Shown here: in pieces, positions 12,655 through 25,526 of the stretch
Numbering within the stretch: the stretch's first letter is position 1
Layout: the number at the start of each line of letters is the position of its first letter
Source: Sphaerodactylus townsendi
Lineage: Eukaryota
Direction of reading: 5' to 3'
NCBI RefSeq assembly: GCF_021028975.2
Contig: NC_059427.1
Location: 112,406,001-112,470,000 of the forward strand
Length of the DNA stretch: 64,000 nt
Translations under genes and position numbers: made by a program
Notes under the pieces: generated by a model
What the model saw: only the letters and a program-made list of their open reading frames with translations
Databases searched by the model: none
Told to the model about the DNA's origin: nothing

Positions 12655-13052
12655 AACCAGATTTGTTTGTTAGTCCGATTCACAAGATACAAAATGGAAT
12701 ATGGCTCAAACAAATTTGTCTGAACATTCAATTCTCTTTCCTTACACAATATAATGACCCTCAAAAAAGGGTCTGAAACTTGATGGTTTGCTCCATGACA
12801 TGGTAGGACCACTCAGAAATAAAATCTACTTGATGTAAGAACTGTATTTCCATTTCCACAAGAAGTTGAAACCATAGCACCCTAAAAAGCAAAGACCCAA
12901 ATAAAAACAAAACTTGAATTTGGCACGAGACAAAATGCAATCAGCCACTCTTCTCATCCATATGAAAGACATTCCAGGTTCCAAATGAGCTCTGATGTCA
13001 GGCTGGCTGAGAACTATCATCACACACATACCCCATGTCCCAGCTGTCTTAC

Positions 13053-13153
13053 CTCTTCAGTCTTTTGCAGGATTTTCTCTAGAAGGATGAGGTAGTTCCC
13101 TGGATCACGACTAACCAGTTCCTGGAGGCTCCAGCAATTCAGACAAAGCCCAG
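13053..13153 (-). CDS. PIK3R5: PIK3R5 coding exon (101 nt)
   Basis: (A)[33 protein letters not shown]; ag/gt boundaries; phase 1 to 0. Confidence 0.96.
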
Positions 13154-15226
13154 CTAACAAAGACAGCAAAAAAAAATATTCAAATGACACAGCTGGCCGA
13201 TTGTTGCAAGTGTCTGTAGTCTTTAGCACAGAAGAGGCCCAAGTGCCTTGAAGTGGCCAGGCAAATCCTGCTCCACCCCCTACCCTTCACCTACCCATGC
13301 CAGCTAGGCCTCTAACAGCCTTGCACTCTGGGCACCATGCAGCTGGTATGAAGGGCAGCCCTCAGCCCCATTTCCTGCTCCTGGACAGCAGTGGAAGCCA
13401 CTCTTACTTGCTGTTTACACCTAACTTGTGGGAAAATGTCTTTGAGGGCAAAGTCTTTCTGTCCTGTTAAAACAGCAAATGATTTCTGCTCATCTTTAGC
13501 ATTTAATCACACCTTTCCAGTGATCTCTTCGTGTGTGATTGCATGTAGCTATTTGTTTTCATGATGCAGCATCCTTCAGCCAAGCAACTAATGTTGACAT
13601 GGCAAAGTATGTAATTGTGCACAGATGCTTTGCTTGAGGTCCCATCTTTCACAGGTGCTAGAAAAGATATTCTGAGGCTAGGAGAGATGATGCCAGTCAG
13701 TACTGCTGTTACTGGCTAGATGAACCAGGGTTCTGACCCAGTACACAGCATCTTTGCATGTTCATTGCCAACTCTCATACAGGCCTGCTCCAAAAACAGC
13801 ATAAATATGGCTCAGGGTGGTGCTGAAACAGTTACAGTTTCCTTGCAGTGGTTTCAGAAGTTGTTGAGAGCGAGTTATAAGCTGCCTTTTATTTTACAAA
13901 GGAATCGAGAAAGGAAATGCTAACCATACAAGCTGGCTCAAGGAGACAGCACCCACAGCAGCAGCAAGAAGTTCTTTTTGTAAGGAATGAAGCGTGATTC
14001 TGAGAAAAACACCCTGAGCCACATCTGTTCTGAGATGTTTGCAATAATGTGGGTAGTTGCCACCCAGATATAGGTGTGGTACTGCAGTGTTTATATACAC
14101 TCTAAGGTTGCATCCAGGCAACAAACTTCCTCTACAGCTGAATTAGCACTAAAAGTACCTTAACAGGTGCTTTTAACAGATGCCAGCTAGATCAGGGGTC
14201 CAGTGCTACCATCCCTGCCCTGGCTGTACTGTCCATGCTCATCTTGCCAGTCTCTGGGCTGTCATTTGGACTACCAGCAATCAGTGCCATGGAGCCAGAT
14301 CTGGTATGGCTGGCATGGGCTTCATCAATCTGCCCTATAAAAAGGAAAAAGAAATGCCCCTCCATCTGGAAGTTTCCCTAGGAATCCAATACAAAAGGGA
14401 AAAATGAAAACACTGGCTGCAAGCACACGTTTGATTTGAACTATAGCAGCTCTCTTTTGACTACTTCACTGGGAAACAACTTGGCTGGCCAAGTTGTTCA
14501 GCTCCACTATAACAATTTCTACACTTGATGTTAGAAAAATGGGTAACCTAATGGATTCCTGTGCTAGACAGGACACTATTCTGTCCCAGAGAGAAAAATC
14601 AGCCACTCAGATGAGCCCATAAGAGTGCTCCAGCATGCAATCACCTTTGAAAAGGGGGATGAGATGTTAGAGTTCTACCTCAGGGAGAAGGGGGAGGTGA
14701 GTTCTACCTCAGGGAGAAAACAGTGTCAGCTTAGGTCTGGCTCAGGAAAAAGAGCAGGCAGAGTGAAAGGTAGCTCTTCCTGGTAGTATGGCAGAGTGGT
14801 TTAGCTCTATCTCTGGGAGAGAAAAGAGTGTTCAACGGTTAGGCCTGTCTCTGGTGATGAACAGACCTTGTACAATTTAGTCTGATTACAGGGGGAAAGG
14901 CAGGTTGGAGTGCCTGGAATCCTGTGTGTGAGAGAGGCTCCAACCTAGTGGCTAGTCAGTAAAAAGTCTGTCTGTGCCTGAAAGCACTGCAGAAAAGTCT
15001 AACTATTCTCAGAAGTCTAAACTTTACATTTTTGTGCCTCAGCCAAGTTCTGCTTTTTCTATCTGAAGATCAGTGTTGTTAGTTTGTTCCTCTACAACCA
15101 ACCTGTAAATTAATAAACCTTCTTAGTTGTTTACACATTAATTCAGCCTCAACAATCTCAATAATCTCCTTGTGCACCACAAAGCTTACCTCACAGCAGC
15201 GAACCCAAAGCCTATATACTCGCTAC

Positions 15227-15362
15227 CAGTGGTGGGATTCAGCAGGTTTGCACCACTGAGGCAAAACCAGATGTTAAGATGGTGCTTGTAAACAGCCAGT
15301 TGTTAAATTATTTGAATCCAACCACCAGAACCGGCTGTTAAATTATTTGAATCCCACCACTG
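15227..15362. mobile_element. hAT-type MITE
   Basis: TIR CAGTGGTGGGATTCA/TGAATCCCACCACTG; 8-bp TSD CTCGCTAC/CTTGCTAC. Confidence 0.9.
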
Positions 15363-16916
15363 CTTGCTACCCTGTAGAACACCGGGAAACTGAGGAGGTT
15401 TATAGTTCAAAACAAACCTAGATCCCAAAAATCTTAGGAGGCTGTTTCCTCTCAGTAGGAAAAAAAAGGCTTGTCACAATTCCCCAAACACAGAGGGTCA
15501 TTTTCTCTCTCATATGTGACATGGGCATTTTCACAGATACTTTTTCCATGATGCCAGAAGAAAAGAGTCCTTGACCCAGGGCTATTGGCACAGAGCTTCC
15601 TGACTGTAATGGAGCCAAGTAGAATCATGTGTTTGATGTGTGTTTTTTCTTGTGATGATGTTTTTTCTTGCTTGCAGGATAAGAGGGGGTTGGAAAGGAA
15701 TGGACTGGCAGAGTTGAAGGGAGGCACACAGGTGGATCTTAAAGCCACTCCTCCTTTTTTGCATTTTTAGTGGTACTGATACCAGGCAAGAGAGAATTTT
15801 CACACCTCTATGAACATTAAGGGTGTTTAAAAGATATGCAAGACTTTTCATGTTCTCATGTGCAACTGTGCAAAATTCAAGATCATTAGTTCCTGGGATG
15901 GCCAGCAAGGCTCCAGAATGAGGGAATGTGCTGGAGAGTGGGCTTTTCCTGTTTTACTGGTAGTGCTGTTCCTGCTCACATATCTCTGCCATCCCCTATG
16001 ATGACTGCATACCAGCATTGCAAAACGTGCAAGAAATCTCACATGTATTCAAAGGCCACCATGCAAGGAACTTGCTCTCTAGCATGTACCAATATGAGGC
16101 ATGAGAGATACACGGTAGCGGTACGCAGCCTGAAAGTCCTGAACTGAAAAGACACGTGAAAATTTCGGTTTTGGATTGTTACTGTGATTTCTGAAGGGGC
16201 AGACATAAATCAGCCCCACAGCTGCTGCTCTGACTTCTTCACAGGGATGGGAGGCTCCCCCCCACGCCAACATCAGGAATTTCATAAACAGTAATAGTAG
16301 TAATATGATACCTTTTAGTAGACACCCAGCATGAAGCAATTAGATGATTATTTCATCACATGCAGTTACATACACATTCTTTTTTAAAATCAAATTATTA
16401 TCAAAGATTGTAATAACAGCTGTGACAGACATTTTATGCAAAGAAAGACTTCCTCACTTTGTGAAAGGAGACTGCAGACCACAATAAGGAAGGACAGCAA
16501 GTGAACAGCTTTCAGTAGAAAGCGTGGAAAAATATTGTCATCAAGTTACTGTAAGATTATTTAAAGAAATCAGATGCCGCCAATGGTCAGTGTTTACTTT
16601 TCCTGCTGTGGCACTGTCATTTCCCCCCAATATGAAGCAGCAGAGAGCAGTGTGCTAAGGGCACTTCTTTCTGGGGTCTGTAAAATTGAACCCCTTTGTT
16701 CTTTTCACTTGAATTTTAGAAGAGCTTTATATTAGAGGGTAGCCAATGCTCTGTGCCAATTTGTGGCCATTATCTTTAAAAACAGCTGCACCAAACCCTC
16801 ACCTTGGCTCACCCATTGAAAATGGTCCTGAAATTCCAGAACATCCCTTCCCCAAATCCCAAGCCAGTACTGTCCCACTCGAAAATCAGACACTAGCAGT
16901 CAAGAATGTTGTTGTT

Positions 16917-17062
16917 CAGGGGTCTGCAACCTGCGGCTCTCCAGATGTTCAAGGACTACAATTCCCATCACCCCCTGCCAGCATGGTCAATAGGCCATGC
17001 TGGCAGGGGTTGATGGGAATTGTAGTCCACGAACATCTGGAGAGCCACAGGTTGCAGACCTG
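16917..17062. mobile_element. hAT MITE, same family as 10049-10181
   Basis: caggggtctgcaacctgcggctctccagatgttc...gaacatctggagagccacaggttgcagacc. Confidence 0.88.
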
Positions 17063-17856
17063 GACCTTGTTGAATTGCAGATTCATACTTATAATGAAAA
17101 TTTTCTCAGCGCACACCCCTAACAGACAGCACTGTACTAATCTGGGCAGAATAGAAGAAGTTCCTCAAAGGAAAAAGTCAAGAAGCGTAGGGTGCTGCAT
17201 TCCCTGAGAGAAATATGAGGAGAGTAAGATAAACCTGAAGTCTCTCCCATCATCTCCATACAAGCATTACTGATTCTTTCCACCTCAGAACTTTGAGGTG
17301 TAGGGATGAGGATTTCAAAATGATGACCTGGCAATGGTGAGACACTTACTCAAGCTCCCAGCTCTAGTCTTCAGCTCCTACTCAGTGTGTCTCCTTCCTG
17401 CTAATCCAATTGGACTTTCCTCCAGCCTCCTTTTCCTGTTTTACCCTTTGGATCCAACCAGTAGTTAACATTTGATCCAGCTATTCTGAAGCAGATATTT
17501 AAGAACATCTGCTTTTAAAACTAAACCGCCATGATATTTCCCCTATCTTTAAGATCTAAATGAGACATTTTTGCTACCTGATGGGTTGGCTGGGCTCCCA
17601 AGCGCTTCTACTAGAAAGAAAAATGAAAGCACTTAAAGAAAAAAGGGCTAACTGGTTTTATTTATTAACTATGGATTCCTCCTTCCACTCATTTATGGTT
17701 TGCACATGCACAAATGTCATTAGTACTAGGAATCCAGCAGCATGAATAAATGCCAGGAGCTAAAAAATAAACCAGATGTGTGTTTAGACAGACTGGTGAA
17801 GGGAGAGAGAAGACTCTGATAATCCTCACATAGTTATTGTGGAGTTCATTACTTAC

Positions 17857-17956
17857 CTGTCCAAGTATTGGCAGAGATGGCATTTTTACTGAGGCCATGG
17901 AGGCACCTCTCCAATGCATGGTGGATCCTATCTTCAGTGCACGTCGTGTGCTGCAT
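17857..17956 (-). CDS. PIK3R5: PIK3R5 (p101) first coding exon, coding part; the whole exon is 17857-17969
   Basis: Translates [33 protein letters not shown], matching the p101 N-terminus (human ...[19 protein letters not shown]). Acceptor tttag|GAG at 17970, donor G|gtaagt at 17856. Confidence 0.95.
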
Positions 17957-18168
17957 TTTAGATTATCTCCTAAACATAAAATATTTAGCCAAGAAAAAAT
18001 GGTATTAGCCACAGAATACCTTAAAACAAAGCAAAATAAAAAGCCAATCTCTGCCTGTCTGTATATTCCTGCTTGCTTGTCTACAACTTCTGTCATTCAA
18101 GAATCCAAAAACTGGACCAATAGGGAACCTGACTCTTTTTTCAATTTGATTCCTCATATAGCCTAGAA

Positions 18169-18470
18169 CAGCGCTTCCCAACCAGGGTTCGGTGGTACCC
18201 TGGGGTGCCGTGAGCATGTCCCAGGAGTACCGCGGCAATGCTACTGGCCCCCCTCACTTTTGTGGTGTCTCCCGCCAGTGCCAGCAAGAACATGGAGCTG
18301 GCCCATGGGGTAGGGCCTGCCACAAGGTCAGCAGCCACTTCCTGACCCACCCCCAGTGCTTCCCTTCACCCTGGGAGGGGAAAGTGTGGGGGGGGGGATG
18401 GCAGGGGTACTGTGAGATATGAAGAGTGAGGTCAAGGGTACCGTGACATCGAAAAGGTTGGGAAACACTG
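18169..18470. mobile_element. hAT (Charlie-like) MITE
   Basis: TIR CAGCGCTTCCCAACC/GGTTGGGAAACACTG; perfect 8-bp TSD GCCTAGAA. Confidence 0.92.
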
Positions 18471-20130
18471 GCCTAGAACAAGATGGCAGCAACAAGAAAC
18501 AGATCCAAGATCCCCAGCCACTAGATCCTTAAGAAATCCACAGAAGTTTTGAAGGGAGGAAGGATTATAGCTAAGCTTCCTTGTTATGTCCTTTGGATCA
18601 TCAATGCATCCCCAGTCCTTTCTGATACAAGACAGGAATCTCTGTTAAGGCAAAAAGTGTTCATGAAACAGTTTTTGCAGCATTAATCCACTGTAATCCA
18701 ATTTAATTCATACCCATCAGGATCTTTTTTTAAAAAAATATTGATTTTATAAACAGTATGAGTACCTGTAAAATGCCCATTCCCTTCTGCCATGTGGCTT
18801 GCTGATACCATTCATGACTGATATAATAGCTCATTAGAATATCAACAGGAATATTTATTTCTTTGTTTTCCTAATTTAGTGGCTTCCCTTAAAAACAAGT
18901 AACTACTTCCCCACAAACTTGTCCTCCTTCATGTCTTCCTTATTTAGAGATAATATATTGTGATAGTTTGCTGATAACTATAAGGTCCCAAACTTTTCAA
19001 ACACAAATTTTGGTTTCCTCCACTGTTATTTTATGACAAAGCAACCAGGTATTAATAACCTGCAAATTACATTTTATGAAAATATGATCATCTCCATTAT
19101 ACAACTCTCCATCTTTTCATGTTTCCCAACACACTCTGAGTCAGAATGACTGATCCTGGCATCTTGTCAGTAGACAGTTCATAAAATCAAACTGCAGTGT
19201 TCCAAGTCAACTGCTGAAAGTTCTTTTGTCTGATGATAGCTGGTCCACCACACCCAAGCAGTCTTTGCTACTTGTGTTAGGCAAAGATCACCATCACAAG
19301 AGGTTTAGCAAGTCACACAGCCAGATGCCTCAGAAGGCTACAAACATACAACAGGACCACCTCCGGTCTGTAAACAAAACTACCACTCTATGATAAGGAC
19401 AACACGGATGAGGTTATAGGTACCCAAAGATGAAATCAGTACAAAATATATGCTCAACCCCCACCCCACCCTTTCATGTCTTAAGTTAAAACTTATCGGG
19501 CAAATGTCACAAGAAAGTGACAACTAAACAAGAGGCATGATTCATACTCTCGGGGTGGCCCAGAAATAGTATTCTCTTATGTCAGCTCATCACAGGATGC
19601 CACAAAGTGTGATCAGCGGAAAAGGGAGGCTTTCCTTCCCCAATTGGTCTGTGCAGGCAGGAAGTCTGACCAGCCCTCAATGCAAGTTCTGCCCTTACAA
19701 ATCTTAGTTTTGTAATCAAGAGCTGACAGCGGGCTTTGGATGGGAAGGAAACCCATTCCCGTAACTAATAGAAAACCACAGATTCTGTTCATGTCACTGT
19801 TTCCTAATAAGACTCGGGAGAACACACAAGACTGTCATGATGTGAATTGAGTGTAGCTTGTCTAAGTCCATTAGCTGCATCATGGTACATACTGAACCTG
19901 CTATACCCGTCCTAGGCCATTGCCACTGTAAATAGGATCACTTCTTGATCAGATGTCATTCTAAGTATAGGAACACCTGGGACATGATGGTTTCCTTGGT
20001 GGTGTAGTCTTTTAGACTATTCCTGGATTTAAAAATAACCATTAGCTGAATTTCCATTTCTAATCATTTCAGGAGGAAAAGCAGAAATATTATCAATGGT
20101 CAGTATAGGAAAAAATTAGGGCTGGCTCTT

Positions 20131-20272
20131 NNNNNNNNNNNNNNNNNNNNNNNNNNNNNNNNNNNNNNNNNNNNNNNNNNNNNNNNNNNNNNNNNNNNNN
20201 NNNNNNNNNNNNNNNNNNNNNNNNNNNNNNNNNNNNNNNNNNNNNNNNNNNNNNNNNNNNNNNNNNNNNNNN
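20131..20272. other. Assembly gap (N run)
   Basis: 142 N. Confidence 1.
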
Positions 20273-20324
20273 CTACTAAGTCTTTAGCTGACTGTTGGTC
20301 TTTCATTTCGATTCGAGTCTCACA

Positions 20325-20800
20325 CAGAGTATAAGCCGACCCGTGTATAAGCCGAGGCACCTAATTTTACTGCCCAAATCTGGGAAAACTTATTGACTGG
20401 GGTATAAGCCGAGGTAAAGGGAGCTCCTTATTTGGGCAGTGACATCAGGGGGCGTCACTGCCCAAATAAGGAGCTCCCTCTGCCTGCCAGCTAGCTGGGC
20501 TTTGTCAAACCCAGCCCACAGGCAGAGGGAGCTCCTTATTTCGGCAGTGACTCCCCCTGATGTCACTGCCCAAATAAGGAGCTCCCTCTGTGGGGGTTTG
20601 AGGAAGCCCAGCCAGCCAGGGTGTCTCAGGGTTCCCCCTTCACTCTCAACAAGCAGCTTCCCAGGCAGGGAGGTTGTCCCGGCCGCCCCCAGCCTCCTTG
20701 TGATGTATAGAAAATGGTGACTCACCTATAAGCCGAGGGGGCTTTTCACAGCCTTTAAACAGGGCTGAAAAACTCAGCTTATAGGCAAGTATATACGGTA
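20325..20800. mobile_element. Tc1/mariner (Tigger-like) non-autonomous element; left end near the gap
   Basis: Repeated TATAAGCCG motifs and terminus ...CTTATAGGCAAGTATATACGG-TA; internal palindromes. Confidence 0.7.
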
Positions 20801-20844
20801 GTACACTTGTGGACCTCAGCAGGGCTGACTTCTGAATCTGACTG

Positions 20845-21230
20845 ATGTTGTTATTATTATCAACAACATTTATATACCTTTCTGTCTTCGCAAGGACCCA
20901 CATAATGGCTAAAGAATTAAAATATATATGTTAAAATCATCCATTCAATTGATTTAGAACTTTGTTAAAACCAATTAAAAATGGAGTTTAAATACATAAA
21001 GACAGAAAATTAAGATATTGGTCAAGGAGAGTGATCACTGACCACTGAGGAAATGCCCAATGAAACAAAGATGACCTCATCTGCTGGTGGAAAACAGCGA
21101 CAGAAGGAGATGGACAAATCTCTTGGAGAACGAGCTCCAGAGCTTTGGTACCATGACTAAGAAGGCCATCTTCCAAGTTGTTTCAGAAGGCAGAGGCACC
21201 CATAGCAGAATCTCTGAAGGTGACCTTCAA
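20845..21230 (-). mobile_element. Degenerate L2 3' end
   Basis: Similar to the L2 3' fragments at 1529-2065 and 61830-62130. Confidence 0.5.
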
Positions 21231-23791
21231 GGTATGTTCACAAATTTCCACTAATCTATGAGTTGACATCAAGGATTTGCATTGTGAAACTGCCAAATAC
21301 CTCAGGCACTTTCTTAACTGAAGAGTGCTCAGTCTGATCTGATGTGAAATCTGATCAAGGCTGGTGATCAAATGAGAGCCCATGTGGTATAATGATTAGA
21401 ATGTGTAACTGAAAGCCCAGAAAACTTTGGTCCATCAGCTGCTATGCCATGAGGCAACCAGCAATGAGTCTGTCAATCCATTATACCTCATGGTTGTTGT
21501 AAAGTGAAGGAGGGGAGAGAACTATGCATGTTATTGTGAATTTCTTGGAGTAAGGGCACAATTTAAACAACCTCGGGTAAATATATATGCAGAGAAGTAC
21601 AAATCAGCATTAGGTAGAGATGAAACATGTGTTATGAGGACACAGAGAAATAAATATAACTTCAAAACCACCACAGAGCAGGATATTGGAGATAAGGGAC
21701 CTATTTACAGCTCACATTCATGTGTTGTTCATAGATGAACAGGAAGACCAAGGAAGTTGGAAACCAATCACAATCCTCAGAAAACTGTTTATCAAAAGGT
21801 CCAAAAGACACCAAAAGTTTGACAAACATCCTTTTGACATTGCTCACATGAGACTAACCAACATATCTGATCTTTTAGTTGTGCAGCTATTGCCATAAAG
21901 GGGACATCTTTTCTTTAGCAATATGGGACAGGAAGTGCAATGTGGGACAGGAAGTGATAAGACCAAGCTGCCTGTTTCTTGGAAGCCTGAGGTAGCAATC
22001 ACATACAAATAGCTACTGGATACACAGGTAGAAACAAACTATCCTACTTAGGTTGCAGAGCTGTCACGTATCTTGATTCCTGTGAACCATGTTTAAAATA
22101 CAATGGGAGAAAACGGGTGTAGAAATGGGGCAATCTTATCATTTTACCATAGAGGTTTTTGCAGGCGCTAGAGCATCATGTTACTTTCAGTTTTCACTGA
22201 AAGGGGTGTCACTGCACCAGCATGATGCCAGCCCTGAAGTCCTCACTCCCCAAATGCACTTGCAGATCACTACATGAGGACTGGCAATCCCATCAGGTTG
22301 TCATGAGCAGTTTGTAGGAGACAAAACAAGGCAGCAGTTCTTTAGTACGTCAGGGCAGCTATTCTTTAGTAAGTCAGGGCAGAAAGAGAATAAAAACCAA
22401 GCCTTTTGTAATATGGGGCATATCCCATTGTGTGGAATAAGTTCACAATGCTTTAATCCTGTGGAATAGTTATAATGCTGAACCCTGATTTGCAAGCACA
22501 ATGTGAAGATTTGTCCCAAACAGCACAAAGAATTTCAAGAGGTATAGATCTTAAGAGCCAGTTTTTAATGGTTTAAAAACTGTTGTAACCCACCCTGAGC
22601 CCTCTGGGATAGGGCGGGATAAAAATATGATAAATAAATAAAATTAGGCTGGAGCATCTTGAGTTTGGCTTTGTAGAGCATTCATAAATCCTTTTGCAGT
22701 CAATCTGTGCTATTTTGGGACAGTGCACATTTTCAAAGGGCTAGTTCCTCATCATGTATTGCCTGTTGAGGGGCTCTTTCTGTACTGAAGGGAACTATAC
22801 CCTCAATGTTCATCCCACAGATATGATCCTTTTTTCAAAGCATATAACTCTTGTAGAGTAGATTTTGTTTTTTGTTAATTTTATTTTTCTATTTTCTTTA
22901 ACCAAGGTGCTGACATTTCCTTTGGTAGTTTTTGCCTAAACATGAGCAAAATGATTTATAACAGATGTCTCTAAAAATCAATACAGGCCAGCAATGTCTA
23001 TGTGCACCATTGGTGGTAGTTTGCAAGACTACAAAATCGTAAGTATCTGATCACAACCTTTGAGCAAATCAGTTAATCTCCAGCATAGAATCCTTTTTAT
23101 TTAGTTTCAAGGTAACTGAGAGCAGATGATGATCACACTTTTCTTAGCACTGCTGTTCTGCTTTCTATCTTATTTCCCTTTCATATGGGGGAAGGAGAGG
23201 TTAGAGCGCAATAATCATGCATGGGTTTAATGCTATGGGATTTAGAATGAGAAATCCTCTGCCAAATAGTTGTTAAATATTTATTTCCTGCAACTGGAGT
23301 AAATACAAAGACTTTGTCAGTTGCTAACATCATCCAAGTATATCTCTGAAGCGAAGGTGAGATTTCAAGTGCAGCAGCTAAGCAATAATGTCCAGTGGCA
23401 TAGCGCCAATGGGGCTGGTTGGGGCACAATACCCTGGGCAAAGCAGTGGAAGGGGCATTGCCGGGCCACAGAGGGGGTGGGGCGGGGGGTTCTGAGGGGG
23501 TTCCAGGGCAGGGTGGGGGTGGATGGCGCTGCAGCAGGGACACAGGGAGTGCGCACCCCCGGGCTCCGCTTCTGATAATACCATACTCTCTAAAACAAGA
23601 GTTGCACAACATGTGACCTGCAGTCTTTTCTCTCCCCCACCCCTAGGCAATTCTGGGTATTTATGTGTCAAGTTCACTTACTTCAGTAGGTATTATTCCC
23701 AAGTGAATATGTATCAATCCTAAATACACCATACTCGCTAGAAATGCGCAAGAATGGATTTCTGTCCAAGAAACCTGGGATAGGATGGAGC

Positions 23792-23937
23792 GGACCATTG
23801 GATACTTACTGGGAAGGGTCCTTCTCCTGGGGGTTGTAGACCATCTTAGATGGGTGCTTTCTTGCCCTTTATCTAGGAGGCAGGAAATGACTTTTAAAAA
23901 CTTCCTGTCTGGTCTTCATCCTCCATTTCGTCAGTAT
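23792..23937 (-). repeat. DIRS 3' (right) ITR, including a terminal extension of about 29 nt (23792-23820)
   Basis: 23822-23937 is the reverse complement of 29218-29321 plus 29979-29989, with a few mismatches. Confidence 0.92.
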
Positions 23938-24139
23938 CCATTTGGCATAGCTACTGATCATAGAACATGATAACAAAAACATAAACAACACAGAACAGTA
24001 CCACCAAACGAGTGGAATTAATGTAATCTGTAACACTTAACTATATACAGTTATACCTCTAACCTGACCTATTCCACGTTAAAGAGGATGGTATGTCTAA
24101 GGGACATGTCTAAGGGAGGATGATATGTCTAAGCGAGGG

Positions 24140-24230
24140 CCAAGATGGTCTACAACCCCCAGGAGAAGGACCCTTCCCAGTAAGTATCCAATGGTCCGTT
24201 CTCCTGGAGGTGTAGACCATCTTGGATGGG
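24140..24230 (-). repeat. DIRS internal complementary region (ICR)
   Basis: 24140-24197 is complementary to the element's 3' terminus and 24198-24230 to its 5' terminus; junction ...GGTCC-GTT-CTCC... Confidence 0.93.
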
Positions 24231-24265
24231 ACCTCCTATAGAAGTGTCCTCCAAAAACGGGAGGG

Positions 24266-25526
24266 TTAGATATGATCATCCAGGATGTGCTCCAGAACCC
24301 TCCATCCAAAGGCGGATTCTGCTGCAGTCCAGGATTGGAGTTTGTAATGTTTTATGAAGGTGGAAGGAGAAGACCATATCGCTGCTTTACAAATGTCTTC
24401 TACGGAAGCTCAATTTCGAAAGGCTGCGTTAGCAGATGAACATCTAATGGAATGAGCTGTGATGCCGTGAGGTACTGGTAAATCTGTCGTCTTGTGTGCC
24501 TCTATTATACATGCTTTGAGCGTAGAGCTTATAGATGCTGCTGACATCTGGTGTCCTATATTTGGGGGTGAAATGTTGATGAACAGACTGTCCGATTGTC
24601 TGATGTTTTCAGTGCAAATAATGAAAGCTTTTACCGCCCTGCATGCATCCAGGTTGTGCCACAATCTCTCTGTAGGGTGAGTGTGTCTCGGGCAGAAATT
24701 AGGGATAACAATTTCCTGTTTAAGATGGAAGCTGGAGCTTTGGTCTGAAGGTCGGGTCTGTGCGTAATACCACCCTATCTGGATGGAACACGCAGAAATT
24801 GGGATTCACTGATAAGGCTCTCAATTCTGATACTCTTCTGGCCGATGTGATGGCTACAAGGAATAACGTTTTCATTCTCAACCACTTAAGGTGGATGGTT
24901 TGTATCGGCTCAAAGGGGGGCTTGGTGAGAGCCGCTAGCACCGTATGTAGCTTCCAGGAGGGAAATCTATGATTCACTGGTGGTTGTATTTGGGATACGC
25001 CTTTTAGGAATCTTACTACATCTGGGTGACGTGATGCTGGAACACCTTGGATCTTGGGCCAGATCGTGGATAGTGCCGCTATTTGACGTCGCAAGGTAGC
25101 ACTCCTCAGACCTAATTCAAGGCCCTCTTGTAGAAATTCAAGAATCAAAGTTATTTTGGGTGAAGTCGGGTCAACACGATGTTTTGATGCCCACTGTACA
25201 AAAACCTTCCAGGAAGCATTATAGATCCGCATGGTTGCCGGTCGCCGAGAGGCCATTAAGGTTTCAGTCACTTTAACTGAATATCCCTTGTTTCTTAGTT
25301 TTTCCCGTTCAACAACCATGCAGTCAATCGAAACCATTCTGGGTCCGGATGTCTTATGGGTCCTTGAGTGAGCAAGTGTGGAATGTTTGGCAGACGGAAG
25401 GCTGGTTTTATGGCTAGTTGTTGAATGACAGAAAACCATGGTCTTCTTGGCCATGCTGGAGCTACCAGGATGATCGATGCTCGAGATGCCATGATCCGTC
25501 GTAGCAGTTTTGGGATCACCGGAACT
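24266..25526 (-). pseudogene. DIRS tyrosine recombinase (YR) region, disrupted
   Basis: ...LFLVAITSARRVSEL (catalytic R)...TAHSIR (HxxR)...ICKAAIWSSPSTFIKHY (W, Y)...TAA at 24266. Frameshift at about 24737 and an internal TGA at 24410-24412. Confidence 0.9.
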
